A stretch of 64,000 nucleotides of DNA from Octopus sinensis (lineage: Eukaryota), in assembly GCF_006345805.1 (NCBI RefSeq), contig NC_042997.1:12090001-12154000 (forward strand). Reading direction: 5' to 3'. The translations under genes were made by a program, and so were the position numbers. How positions within the stretch are numbered: the first letter of the stretch is position 1; each line of letters opens with the position of its first letter. Below are positions 1-12,920 of this stretch, one piece after another. The notes below the pieces were generated by a model that worked only from the letters and a program-made list of their open reading frames with translations, made no database searches and was not told the origin of the DNA.

Positions 1-134
1 TTCTGACCCTCTAAATCCAATGACCTCGCGTCTTTCCCAATCATTCCCCATAATTACTGTACCACATCAGGCATTCACATCAACACCCATCACTTACTAG
101 CATATCGAAAATAACATTTTTTTCTTTGTCTTAA

Positions 135-430
135 TTTTTGACCCGCATATGGCCGTCCAGATATTTGAAAGCCATTGAAAACCTGGCTTTCGAGTTGCTG
201 GACACCCTACTTACAGTCTAGATTTCGTCCCTTCCAAATATTACCTCTTGGGACTGATCACACATATTTTACGACGCCATCGGCGATTTGCTGTGGACGA
301 AGTAGTATAGCAAGCAGTGCATGAATATCTGCACGACCAACTGTAAAACTTCTCCCAAAGAATAAGCAAGCTCATAGACCACTGGAAGAAGTCCATCGAA
401 ATGCAAGGAATGTATATCAAGAACTGATAT
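135..430 (+). mobile_element. Mariner-type DDD transposase C-terminal remnant (pseudogene)
   Basis: Manual translation gives HPTYSLDFVPSKYYLLGLITHILRRHRRFAVDEVV*QAVHEYLHDQL*NFSQRISKLIDHWKKSIEMQGMYIKN*, a decayed HPPYSPDLAPSDY...W.KCI..G.Y mariner motif set with stops and a frameshift. Confidence 0.75.
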
Positions 431-519
431 AACAATTCAACTCCTGCTTTTGATTACAGAGTCAAGAGTGCGTATAATTCTTTACTTATCCTCGTATATT
501 TACATACATAAAGGAAAGC

Positions 520-752
520 AAGGCGGTGAGCTGGCAGAAACGTTAGCACACCGGGCGAAATACTTAGTGGTATTTCGTCTGCTGCTATGTTCTGAGTTCA
601 AATTCCGCCGAGGTCAACTTTGCCATTCGTCCTTTCGGGTTCGATAAATTAAGTACCAGTTACGCACTGGAGTCGATTTAATCGACTTAATCCCTTTGTC
701 TGTCCTTGTTTGTCTCCTCTATATTTAGCCCCTTGTGGGCAATAAATAAGTA
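520..752 (+). mobile_element. tRNA-derived SINE, family A (head gagctggcagaaacgttagc, B-box gagttcaaattcc), tail type 1
   Basis: A-box-like head, B box GTTCAAATTCC and body shared with more than 20 copies in this window. Confidence 0.85.
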
Positions 753-1263
753 AGAAATAAAGGAAAGCGTAACATAATACATCCTTTCTGTCATAGTAAC
801 CATTAGCACAAGCTTCACATTTAAAGAAGCAAACATCAAGAGATACATACCGAGTTTATATAAAATGTACGAAAATATATTAGTCATACACCCTTTCCCA
901 AAGTACTACATATATGACTTAAAGCCATTTTATTTAAGACTACATATTGCTCTAAAATTCTGCATGGCCACATTTCCTCTCCTCATGAAGTGACCTGCAG
1001 CATTTATATTTAAACATTAACTGCTGTAATCAGCTGCACTAACTTACCTTACAGTTGTCCTTATTGCCCAGTGTAGAGGGCATATATTAATTACTGTCAC
1101 TACCCTTCCTTTTTAGACGACTTACGGGCATTATGTATATATGTGGGCTTGTGTCTGCGCGGGTATGTGTGTGTAGACATAAAGAAAATACATATATGTG
1201 CGTGAGTATATATACATACATAGGTATACATATATGCATACATGAACACGCAAAAGTACATTC

Positions 1264-1264
<1 letters not shown>

Positions 1265-1297
<33 letters not shown>

Positions 1298-1335
1298 TGT
1301 CCTTTACTATCTATCTATCTGTTTGCCTGTCTCTC

Positions 1336-1408
<73 letters not shown>

Positions 1409-1615
1409 GCAAACTCTCCACTACATAGCGCGAATATTTTTAAGCCAAACAGTTTACAAACATTTATATTTGCCTATAATTATTATAGTTGTTGTTGTTG
1501 TTATTATTATAATTATTATTATTATTAGTATTATTATCATTATCATTATCATCACTATTATTATTATTATCATTATCATTATTATCAATCATCATTATTA
1601 TTATTGTTATTATTA

Positions 1616-1655
<40 letters not shown>

Positions 1656-1665
1656 CATTATTATT
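1265..1665. repeat. Compound microsatellites (TA)n, (CT)n, (ATT)n
   Basis: Directly visible; explains ORFs 1133-1528, 1242-1820 and 1464-1658. Confidence 0.95.
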
Positions 1666-2193
1666 CTTATTTAACATTTTTCCTGTTTTGGCTTATAAAC
1701 ATAAATAAGTGTAAAGTTATCGACAGTCTGCTTCAGGCTGTGTCGTCATTTATATCTCACGGAAGCCTTATTGAATTTCTAAGTCTGCCGTTAGAGTACA
1801 AAATATCACTTTCTGAATAGATCACTTTATCAATAAAGAACGGTTTATATAATATATAGACGAATAAAATAACATTATTCTATTTCTATTCCATCTATCA
1901 ACTTGAAGGTTCATCAAGTGACTATAATTTATTGGAAACAGCGACCACTGTTGTTTTTTAGCCCTAGGTTAGTCCAGATTAAGCTGAAATGTATCGCAAG
2001 TGTAACAATCGACTCGTTCCTGGTCTTTTCGAGGCCTTCTTCTTGTGACGTGAGAGGTGTTTCGATCTTATTTCTAGCATGCTGAAACCCCGCATATATA
2101 CTCATTCATTGCCCCATTGGTGATTGCGTAACAAAATTAAGAGGCAGGTACATGGTGAACCAAATATAAAATCTGTTTGTCTGCCTCTCCCAG

Positions 2194-2279
2194 TTTGAAA
2201 CCGACATGTTTCACTTTCACAACCGGGGAGTTAGATGTGTCAACCGAAAATTCTCGTACCTTTCCTGCACAGAATGCAG
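2194..2279 (+). other. Candidate internal exon (86 nt) of an unidentified host transcript
   Basis: Acceptor tgtttgtctgcctctcccAG and donor CAG|GTATGA; two frames open (FETDMFHFHNRGVRCVNRKFSYLSCTEC or LKPTCFTFTTGELDVSTENSRTFPAQNA). No family recognised. Confidence 0.3.
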
Positions 2280-2339
2280 GTATGATCCTGACGTAAGAAG
2301 AAAACTTATGTAAATTAACAACTGAACTGTACAAATAAA

Positions 2340-2662
2340 TGGCACTCGATCGGTTACGACATCGAAGGTTCCGTTTGATCTGATCAACGGAACAGTCTGC
2401 TCATGAAATTAACGTGCAAGCGACTGATCACTACACAGGCACGTGGACCCTTAACGTAGTTCTCCGGGAGATTCAGCCTGACTCAGAATGTGACAAGGCT
2501 GACCCTTTGAAATACAAGTACTATTCATTTTTGTTACCTGAGTGGTCTGGAGCAACGTGAAATAAAGTGTCTTGCTCAACGACATAAAGCATCGCCGGGA
2601 ATTGAACTCACGCCCTTACGATCATGAGCCGAATACCCTAACCATTCAGCCACGCACCTTCA
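2340..2662 (-). mobile_element. tRNA-derived CORE-type SINE with long tail
   Basis: On the minus strand: tRNA-like head, CORE-like ttgagcaagacactttatttcacgttgctccag, and tail shared with the 48207 and 51190 copies. Confidence 0.75.
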
Positions 2663-2664
2663 CT

Positions 2665-3780
2665 GGTCAAATAGTTAGAAACAAATAACAAAAGATTCAT
2701 AGATGTATTAAAGACACATGAAAGTACCAAAACAAATTTCCCTATACACAAGGAAACGATAACGTACAAAGCAGAAAAAAACTGCAATGTATCAATAAAT
2801 TTAGACAACAACACAGCATAAATGGTTAGAAACAAAACAAACTGCAAAACATACTAAAGAGAAACGGTGAGCAAAATCACTGTACAGACAATGACCTGGT
2901 CTCGATAGAAGCCACTTTGAAAGTTAACAATGGCCCAATAAAAAAAATAAACGAATAAAATGATTCCATCTGCACAAGACCAATGTCTGGTCATAAGCAA
3001 TTATAAAATTTTAAAAAATGAACATGGATCTTCACACCAAATGTATAATGTGGAACCAGCACAATGAGAAAGTTGACTTAATTATCTCCGGTTGTTCAGT
3101 CCTTTCGAAATCTCAATACATGCACAGACATGGTCGAGTTGGTGTCTACTAAATAACACGTCGACACTTAGTTGTGAAATCGAAAAAGAAGTGCACTAAA
3201 CACAGTATATGATACATTAAATTGGTCGCAATAAACTGACAAAGAGATCAAGGCAAAACGTCGAGGCAATTATAAAGGACTAAAACACAAACATATGCAC
3301 ACTGATAAACCGGAAAATACTGTCCGACGAAATATTGTACGAAATGAAGTAGAAAAACTATTAAAAGGCAATATTTGAAATATTTGAAATATTGAAATAT
3401 TTAAGATGGGGTGTATGAGGGTGAAAATAATTACAATGGTGAATGGGGCATTAGGTATAATTAAAAAACATAAAGATCACAGAAACCATTCCAGGTCTCA
3501 CTATTCAAAACATAGCATTGCTAGGAACGGCTTACTACTTGTTCAAGAGACTACAGATTCAACAAAATAGCTCAAATAAAGCCATTTTCACAAACAACAC
3601 AGGCCACATAAAATAAGCACTTAATTATAAAAAAAAAAAACAGAACAAAAATGAACAACTGGCGTACTATATATTCTACAAGATTAATATACAATAAATT
3701 AACACAACTCAAGTTACACACACCATACACAATTGAAAAAGCAATAATATATTAAAAATCAATAGTTTGATCCCCATAAA
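2665..3780 (+). mobile_element. Dong/R4-clade (RLE) non-LTR retrotransposon, decayed 3' part
   Basis: Fragments SAQDQCLVISNY (AAQDQ motif), TDKEIKAK (TDxEIKANRPD), QNIALLGTAY (QKIALLGTA). Confidence 0.6.
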
Positions 3781-3934
3781 GAAATGAATTAATGCAGTGC
3801 ACAATCAGCACAAAGTTAAGAACATACTGACGTACACATCCCAGGATGACGGGGGTGCATCAGGTGGTGCAGTAGAAACTCGCATGAAAAAATACGGTAA
3901 TAAAAGTTTTGAATTTTGGCCCGAGGACAAGAGT

Positions 3935-4113
3935 GTTGGGAGGAGGGGCAAGTCGATTACATCGACCGCAGTGTTCAACTGGTACTTATTTTATCGATTC
4001 CAAAAAGGATGAAAGGTAAACTCGAATTCGGCGAAATTTGAACTCTGAACGTAAAGACAAACGAAATGCCACCAAGCATATAACCCAGCAGGCTAACGAT
4101 TTTGTCAACAGGC

Positions 4114-4149
<36 letters not shown>

Positions 4150-4311
4150 CCTTTCTACTAAAGGCACAACGCCTGAGGTTTGGTGGGAGGGGACTAATCG
4201 ATTACATCAAACCCAGTGTACTTAATTTATCGACCCTGAAAGGATGACAAGCAAAGTCGTCCTCGGCAGAATTTGAACTCAGAACATAGAGGCAGACGAA
4301 ATACCGCTAAG

Positions 4312-4315
<4 letters not shown>
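3935..4315 (-). mobile_element. Two family A SINE copies separated by (AAT)n
   Basis: Reverse-complement match to family A body and type 2 tail. Confidence 0.75.
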
Positions 4316-4349
<34 letters not shown>

Positions 4350-4519
4350 GGGAAGGCAAAAATTCTCTGGAACTTTCACTTCCAGACAGACAAAATGTTA
4401 GAGCATCGAAAGCCGGATATAATAAACTTAGGAAGGACAAGCGAGTGTCTAATAATCGACGTAGCAGTCTCACACTACCTGGGAATTTTTTTTTATTGTA
4501 GTTTTATAAACGTCTAATG

Positions 4520-4900
4520 ACGTTTTAATTGAAAGACTGTCTTGTGGCGTTTTGAGGATGAAATACTCAAATTCCTTTCTCTCTGTCTCTAATTTGTGTT
4601 TGTTTTGACTTACAAAATCCATCAGATCACTGTTACATTTGTTCACAACAGTGAAATTGATGGATACATTTCGTCTACGGTCTGATGAATATTTTTGAAG
4701 TTCTGTAATTCGTTGTTTCTGTTTTTTCTGTGATTTGATACTGTTGCTGTTTTTGAAGTTGTTGATCTTGTTCTTGTTGTTTTTGTTGGATTCGTGTGAA
4801 TTGTGTTGCAGCTATGGTTTCAGAATAAGTTTTTGTTGATTTCTTGGAGTAAAGCTATGTACTCTCCTCCTCTTTCGCTTCCCCCTTTTGTTACTGTGAT
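4520..4900 (-). mobile_element. Possible LINE ORF1-like fragment (Q/T/K-rich), inverted relative to the adjacent RT
   Basis: Composition and WITVTKGG motif resemble the ORF1 tails at 17200-17600 and 20700-20800; no diagnostic motif. Confidence 0.25.
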
Positions 4901-4934
4901 CCATTGATCGTTCATCTCTTCTTTCTCTGTGTCA

Positions 4935-6885
4935 TTGCACTCCACCTTATGCGATACATCGTAGAGAGGGCTAGAACTAAAGCTGGCTTCCGTGGGGCCC
5001 TGATCAATTTAGATCAGCCGAAATCTTTCAGTAGGGTAGAACATCGCTACTTGGAAGCCGTCCTTAAAGCAGTCGGTTTGGGACACGTTCTCAGAGGATG
5101 TATTACTGCAATGCACAGTTACACCTGCTCGGTGGTCAAGGTAAATTGCCACCTATCGGAACCGTTTAGTATCGCACGTTAGGTCCGTCAGGGCTGTCCC
5201 CTGTCACCCCTTCTGTATGTGTTGGCTCTCGAGCCACTGCTGTGGAAGTTGGAACAGTTAAGAAGTCTCCCTTTCAAAATTGGATTCGAGAGAGCTGTAT
5301 CTGCATACGCGGATGATGTCACTGTCATGATGTCGGACGCCTACGAAGAGAAGGTTTGTGGGTTGTAGGGGCTAAAATTAATGCCGACAAGTCAGTGGAA
5401 TTGCGACTGGGCACTCAGAAAGGCAGATCGACACCGTCGGACGGCGTCGTTGGATGCTGGACTGACGGACCAGTTAAACTGTTCAGCGTCTGGTTTAGTC
5501 CTGATCCCCAGGTGAATAAGAATTAGGAAGAGGTTACGAAAAGGGTGATCTCTGTTACCCAGAAATGGGCAGAGAGGAAGTTGTCCTTGAAAGTTCGGGC
5601 AGAGGTGGCGAATGCCTACATCGCCTTTGTTATTATTTATCGTCTGACCGTCGTGCCTTGTCCCAGGTACAGCTTGATTAGATTGGAGAGTATCCTGTTT
5701 ATTTTCTTGTGGAAGGGACTCATTCCGATGGTCAGGCGTTCAGTCAGCTGCTAACCGCCTTTGCATGGTGACTTAGGCATGATATGACTTTAAATACGCC
5801 GACATGCACTAAGGTTGCGCCATCTGCAGCAATTTCTAGAAGGTGAACGTGTGTGGGCTTCGTTTGTGAGACACGCCTTTCCGCAGCTCGTCTCCATGAC
5901 GAATCTGTAGTCCTGGGTATAGGATAGGCCGTGGGCACTCACTGTCCTCTACAAGTGGGGCAATAGGATCGGTGGGTTTTCCACTTTAGAAATTTACAGG
6001 GGATTAGGTGCAGGGAAGTGCGACAACATCCTCGGGGAGACCCTAGGCGTCAACGAAGACGAACTGGTAAGACTATTCCGGAGATCTTTCCGGTCGGGGA
6101 CTGTTACGGATAATTTCCCGATGTCTTTGGCTTAACAGTGCTACCAGGGGTGGGGGGGCACTACCGGTTCAAGATAAACTTTACGAGTACGGATGTACTT
6201 TCAGACGGGCTTGTCCGAGGTGCACGCAGAGCGACGAATCCGTTCTGCATACACTCGTTCAGTGCCTGGTCATTGCTGACTTGTGGAGTTATGTCAAACG
6301 GCTGCTGTCGCGTATAGGACAGATTCGTCTGTCAGCCGAGTCCATAATGATGATTACCTCGCTACCCTCCTTTAATCAGGCTAGCAAGGCAGTTTTCCTC
6401 CTTTGTCTGATGGCTGTGGCGAAATAGGTTATTTGGTGGACGTAGCTGAAAGGAATGAGGACAGAAATTTACCTCTTTGGTAAAGCCCTGGCCGACTTTT
6501 TCAAGTTTTTCTTGAAAAGGAAATTGAGGTCGGAGAGGGAGGTGCTGTCCTCGAGTGAATTTATGAAAAGGCGAGTGAAAGTCGCGAAAATTATAAGAGT
6601 GGGTGGTACCACTCTCAGTGAGTCGGAAGAAAGAAGTTGGAAAGGGCTCGCGTCCTTGGATGCTGGGCTTCCTTGATTTCCATAGAGGTTCTCCTGTATC
6701 AGGGGATACCACCACAATCACTGTTTTCCACCTCTTTTTCTATTGACATATACTATGAATACTTATCTCCTAATATATACTGTGTATATTTATTATTTTA
6801 TCATTACATTATATGTAAACCCCAACAATTTATGCCTGTCTTTGTATTTCACCCTCATCCTTCCACATGGTGACAAATGAAAGAA
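4935..6885 (+). mobile_element. Tx1-like (L1 clade) LINE, 3' half of ORF2 (RT plus C-terminal Cys motif), decayed
   Basis: INLDQPKSFSRVEH, VRQGCPLSPLLYVLALEPLL, AYADDV (~5303-5320), C-terminal CPRC...ESVLHTLVQC; multiple stops and frameshifts; followed by (ATC)n(ATT)n. Confidence 0.88.
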
Positions 6886-6947
6886 ATATTATCATCATCA
6901 TCATCATTCTTCTCCTGCTTATTATTATTATCATTATTATTATTATT

Positions 6948-7145
6948 AAGGTAGAGAGCTGGCAGAAACGTTAGCACGCTGGGCGAAATGCTTAGCGGTA
7001 TTTCACCCATCGCTACGTTCTGCGTCGACTTTGCATTTCATCCTTTCGGGGTCGATAAATTAAGTATCAGTGTTTCCCTGGGGTCAATATAATCGACTAG
7101 TCCCTTCACCTCAAATTTCAGGTCTTGTGCCTTTAGTAGAAAGGA
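6948..7145 (+). mobile_element. Family A SINE, tail type 2, ends in (ATT)n
   Basis: Head ctggcagaaacgttagc; tail ggtcttgtgcctttagtagaaaggattatt. Confidence 0.8.
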
Positions 7146-7191
7146 TTATTATTATTATTGTTGTTGTTGTTGTTGTTGTTGCTTTTGTTGT

Positions 7192-7738
7192 TGAATGCGA
7201 GAGCAGTACATGTCATCAAAGTAACACTGGGGTAAAATATACGATGTCCAGTATACCCATCCTGGCTACCCGTCTGATAAAGGTACACCACATACATGCA
7301 TCACAACCATATGTGTGCGACATGGTGGTCTCATATCAAGATTAAGAACGCATGACCTTGCAGGTGAGGCCCAGTTAGAATTTGCTTCAGGTCGAGTAGC
7401 CCATCCCGCTCAAAAGGTTTAATGATGTTGAACGACATATCGATGTTTCCAGAGATGAATTATCCAAACTCTAAATAAATCATCTCAACAAAAAGCGATG
7501 ATGCTCTCCCATTAATTCTGTTCGTGATCAGAGATGCACATATCGTCGGCCACTAAGGGACATGCTCAACTGGTTAATGTCAAGCAACTAACAAACAAAT
7601 CTGTGGTTTTGAGCAGAATATTTGCTGTAGCCCATCTGTTATACCACGACAAAACAATGTACACGATAGCACTTCCAATTAGTTTAAATCAGAAGACATG
7701 AGAGCCACTGCCTGTAGCTGAAAATACATCACAGAGCA
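7192..7738 (-). mobile_element. ~550-bp non-coding interspersed repeat in (AAT)/(GTT) tracts (copy 2)
   Basis: Reverse complement of 18821-19387 over its whole length. Confidence 0.8.
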
Positions 7739-7781
7739 ATAATAATAATAATTATTATTATTATCATTATTATAATTATTA

Positions 7782-8180
7782 AGGCGAGCACACTGGCAGA
7801 ATCGTTAGCACGCTGGACGAAATTCTTAGCGGTATTTCGGTCGTCACTACGTTCTGATTTCAAATTCCGCCGAGGTCTACTTTGTCTACAGTCCTCTCAG
7901 GAGTCGATAAATTAAGTACCAGTTACGCACTGGGGTCGATGTAGTGACTTAATACCTATGTCTGTCCTTGTTTGTCCCCTCTATGTTTAGCCCATTGTGG
8001 CTAATTAAGAAATAGGTATATCATCGTCTTTACGTTCTGAGTTCAAATTCCGCCGAGCTCTACTTTGTCCACAGTCCTCTCAGGGGTCGATAAATTAAGT
8101 ACCAACGAAACATTGGGGTCGATGTAATTGACTATCCCTCTGCCCCAAAATTTCGGGCTTTGTACCTCTAGTAGAAAGGA
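7782..8180 (+). mobile_element. Dimeric family A SINE (head, tail-1 unit, tail-2 unit)
   Basis: The tail-1 end gaaataggtat joins a second B-box unit ending agtagaaaggattatt. Confidence 0.8.
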
Positions 8181-8831
8181 TTATTATTATTATTAATGTT
8201 TTACGTCTTGGAGAGAATTATTTTGAAATGTCAAAATGTCTACACAACTTTTAATTATAATTAGCAATTGTGTTAAGGGAGTAACCGACATTGATGAGAG
8301 AGTAGTAAGTTATTAGAAATTGATGGAAATTTTTTTTTTGATTCACTTAAGGTGTCTTGCAAAAAGAGAGAACGAGATAAGAGAGGCAAAGAAGTAAAGA
8401 TACGAATAGGGAAAGTGATAACGAGGGAAGAAGAAAATATAAAGAAAATATCGAGATTGATTTGAAATATAAGAAACAAATCTAAGAATAAAAATTCGCG
8501 TCGATATACAGAAAGAAAATCCAAACAAATCGTGGAAATTAGAAATCGATGAAGTTGACGGTGACGATGATGATGATGATGAGGAAGAGAAGAAGAAGAA
8601 GGAGGAAGAGGGGAGGTGGTGGTGGTGATAGAGTAGGAGGAGGGGACAAACGATGACGGTTACGACGATTACGCCAATGACAGTCATAATGATGACGATG
8701 TTAATGATTGCTGGTATTGCTGATGAAAAATTAAAGAACGAAGAATTAAAAGAACGAATTAAAAAAACGAATAGGAAAATTACGAAGAACAAGGAAGTTT
8801 AAAACGACCAGAAGTACCACAGTAGATATTT

Positions 8832-8882
8832 ATGAATGAAGAAATGAAGAAAGAAGAAATAGAAGTAATTTACTTTCAGCAA
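8832..8882 (+). other. Possible 3' end of a first exon (ATG-open MNEEMKKEEIEVIYFQQ, donor GTGAGT at 8883)
   Basis: Consensus donor CAA|GTGAGT after a purine-rich GAT/GAA/GGA low-complexity leader; could equally be repeat-derived. Confidence 0.2.
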
Positions 8883-9306
8883 GTGAGTACAAAGACAAAA
8901 ATGCACATTGCATAATGCCAAGAGAAAGTGTTGTTTACGACTGTATCAGCTCTGATTGCATAACTGAAGACGGTATCAATCAGAATTATCTCCCGAAAAT
9001 ACCAATATAATATTCTGAAACCAAGACAGTATTTTTCGTATCCAATCTGATGATGGAGAACGTGAAATTCGAAGTATCCTATGTAAAGTGGCTCTGTGTG
9101 TAAAGGTGTTTATCAGTAATGACATAATATAAAGGTAAAGATTTCAATCTCTAACAGGCATTACAAAAGACCTCTGCCAAGCATTTTAAAAGATCTTTGT
9201 TGTGTGTGTGAATAATTTATTTTGTCTCGCTTGTCTTTCAAAGCTGTCCCCACCAATTTTTAACCCAACATGTTGATTGATATAACACTTCCACGGGTTG
9301 TTCACG

Positions 9307-9356
<50 letters not shown>

Positions 9357-9587
9357 TACAGACAGACACACATACACCATACCATACATATATAATTTAA
9401 TACACTGAGTAATAAATGTGATTGAGGGAGGAAGGTATCCTCACACCGGAAAACTAAGCAGAACACTCGCAACTGATTTGACTCAGCAAAAGGCACGCAA
9501 CGTAGCAGTTGTTGGTAATCAACTGGGCATAGGTGACGGCAAGATCTGACCTCAGAACACAAAGAAGCATATAAGGTATGACATATA

Positions 9588-9825
9588 AGGCGGCGAGCTG
9601 GCAGACACGTTAGCACGCCGGGCGAAATGCTTAGCGGTATTTCGTCTGCTGTTACGTTCTGAGTTCAAATTCTGCCGAGGTCGACTTTGCCTTTCATCCT
9701 TTCGGGGTCGATAAATTAAGTACCAGTTACGTACTGGGGTCGACATAATCGACTTAATCCGTTTGTCTGTCCTTGTTTGTCCTCCTCTGTGTTTAGCCCC
9801 TTGTGGGTAGTAAAGAAATGGGTAT
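9588..9825 (+). mobile_element. Family A SINE, tail type 1
   Basis: Near-consensus copy. Confidence 0.85.
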
Positions 9826-9963
9826 GACATTATTCACTACCTTGGAGCAGCACATTTTGTCCACCCCAAAACGATGAAAAGAAAAGGTGACCAGGAAGAC
9901 AAAGTTGCGTTTGTGTGTGCGGATGTGTACACCTCCCACACACATTTGTCACTCATCCTTAAG

Positions 9964-9997
<34 letters not shown>

Positions 9998-9998
<1 letters not shown>

Positions 9999-11238
9999 TG
10001 TGAACCGTTGGAAATGTGGTGGCTGTAACAACACCCAATTTAGATAAACTAAACAATGCTTACAGCTGCCAGGATCGAAACACAGTCCACTGATTAGATT
10101 AATTTAAATGCTAAGACTTACCAACTGTCAAGTAGGCCTTAGCACCAATCCTTACTTTCTATATTATTTCTTAAGTTAGTGAGAGAGGATGTGTAGTGAA
10201 CATGGCATTTGAAAGTCCTCTTAGAAGAGTGAGATTGATATAAAGAATGCTCACTCTGAGCATTAGCGTGTTTGATGTCTGCACGAATAATTTAGAAGTG
10301 GAGAAAACAGAAGTGCAGCTCGGATAATTGTAATAGTGTGATTAACTCTAAAGCTTCCCAGTTCCAAGTATTGGTGCCAAAACTTTTGGCTGATTAGTCT
10401 TACCACCAACATTATTGCTCTGAAGCAATATGTGATTGTTCACATATGCTTTCCGAACATATACTTAAAGCTGAGGCATTTGACCCGAATGGGAGAAACG
10501 AAGTAAGATATAAACAATGGGTGCAAATATAATTGTAGTGGGCTGATGTCAGCTTTCAATTAAATGCTTCAGAATTCTATGTATAAATGGATAGGGTAAT
10601 TTTAGTAAGGTCTATTGTATTTGTGTCATGATAAATACAAGAGACATGACATTATTTCAAACAGTTGGTTGATATGTGACCTCTTCTTTGTATTCTTTCC
10701 ACCAATTATGCTTACGAGTAAGTTTTACTTCTTTATCCTTGCCACCTTAACTTATAACTTATATTGTACTAACCTTCAAGGGTCAATCTACAAATTCTGC
10801 AGAATTGTTCACGATTCTCACCCAAAAATAAGTAAATAAATAAAATAACAATCAGAAAAACCAATAACAATAAAGGAAAAAAAAAAGAAGTATAACAAAA
10901 TATGTAACTTAAGCTACATTTATATTTGTTATTTTTTTGGTTTTTGTTTTCGAATGGAACTCTCTTCATACAGCATTCTTGGTCAATGTAACAAAATTTA
11001 TAGGAAACTATAATGCAAATGAAAAACTTTTTTTCCCGTCAGGTCATAATTCTACAAGTCATTATTAGACACGAATTATCTTCGGTTCAGTCAATGTATG
11101 ACTGTGAGCTATAATCATTGATTGAATGGTTTTCTCAGCATATTGGCTTCTTGCCTGACAGACGAAAAAAGAAAGCGTTATATGTGCCACAGGACAAATT
11201 ATTATTATATGACTCTTTTATTAATGTGTGTATATATA

Positions 11239-11269
<31 letters not shown>

Positions 11270-12494
11270 CTGTGAACCGTTGGAAATGTGGTGGCTGTAA
11301 CAACACCCAATTTAGATAAACTAAACAATGCTTACAGCTGCCAGGATCGAAACACAGTCCACTGATTAGATTAATTTAAATGCTAAGACTTACCAACTGT
11401 CAAGTAGGCCTTAGCACCAATCCTTACTTTCTATATTATTTCTTAAGTTAGTGAGAGAGGATGTGTAGTGAACATGGCATTTGAAAGTCCTCTTAGAAGA
11501 GTGAGATTGATATAAAGAATGCTCACTCTGAGCATTAGCGTGTTTGATGTCTGCACGAATAATTTAGAAGTGGAGAAAACAGAAGTGCAGCTCGGATAAT
11601 TGTAATAGTGTGATTAACTCTAAAGCTTCCCAGTTCCAAGTATTGGTGCCAAAACTTTTGGCTGATTAGTCTTACCACCAACATTATTGCTCTGAAGCAA
11701 TATGTGATTGTTCACATATGCTTTCCGAACATATACTTAAAGCTGAGGCATTTGACCCGAATGGGAGAAACGAAGTAAGATATAAACAATGGGTGCAAAT
11801 ATAATTGTAGTGGGCTGATGTCAGCTTTCAATTAAATGCTTCAGAATTCTATGTATAAATGGATAGGGTAATTTTAGTAAGGTCTATTGTATTTGTGTCA
11901 TGATAAATACAAGAGACATGACATTATTTCAAACAGTTGGTTGATATGTGACCTCTTCTTTGTATTCTTTCCACCAATTATGCTTACGAGTAAGTTTTAC
12001 TTCTTTATCCTTGCCACCTTAACTATAACTTATATTGTACTAACCTTCAAGGGTCAATCTACAAATTCTGCAGAATTGTTCACGATTCTCACCCAAAAAT
12101 AAGTAAATAAATAAAATAACAATCAGAAAAACCAATAACAATAAAGGAAAAAAAAAAGAAGTATAACAAAATATGTAACTTAAGCTACATTTATATTTGT
12201 TATTTTTTTGGTTTTTGTTTTCGAATGGAACTCTCTTCATACAGCATTCTTGGTCAATGTAACAAAATTTATAGGAAACTATAATGCAAATGAAAAACTT
12301 TTTTTCCCGTCAGGTCATAATTCTACAAGTCATTATTAGACACGAATTATCTTCGGTTCAGTCAATGTATGACTGTGAGCTATAATCATTGATTGAATGG
12401 TTTTCTCAGCATATTGGCTTCTTGCCTGACAGACGAAAAAAGAAAGCGTTATATGTGCCACAGGACAAATTATTATTATATGACTCTTTTATTA

Positions 12495-12501
<7 letters not shown>
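9998..12501 (+). repeat. Near-identical tandem duplication, unit 1272 bp (9998-11230 and 11270-12501), each copy bounded by (TA)n
   Basis: ctgtgaaccgttgg starts at 9998 and 11270; ORF pairs 10615/11887, 10769/12040 and 11118/12389 recur; a 1-nt deletion is visible near 12023. Confidence 0.95.
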
Positions 12502-12547
<46 letters not shown>

Positions 12548-12878
12548 CGCGCGTATATATATATATGCATATATGTATATACACATACATATATGTATAC
12601 ATACATATACATATATATACATACAAATACATATATACATATATGTATGGAATATATATATGTATATATTCGCACATATAAATATATATATATATACACA
12701 CACATCCAAAGAGAATATATACATATATGTGTGTGTATATATGATATACATATATGCATATATATGCATATATATATATATGTATACAGAGAGAGAGAGA
12801 GCGAGAGATGTATGTATATATGTACTGATGTGCGTGAGTATATATAATCACACATACATACACACACACGCACGCGCA

Positions 12879-12919
<41 letters not shown>

Positions 12920-12920
12920 G
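12502..12920. repeat. (TA)/(CA)/(GA) compound microsatellite
   Basis: Directly visible. Confidence 0.95.

Noticed and set aside
2137-2334. Minus-strand ORF or exon (IIPAFCAGKVREF...)
   Set aside because: Acceptor is present but there is no good donor before the stop and no recognisable domain; overlaps the plus-strand candidate.
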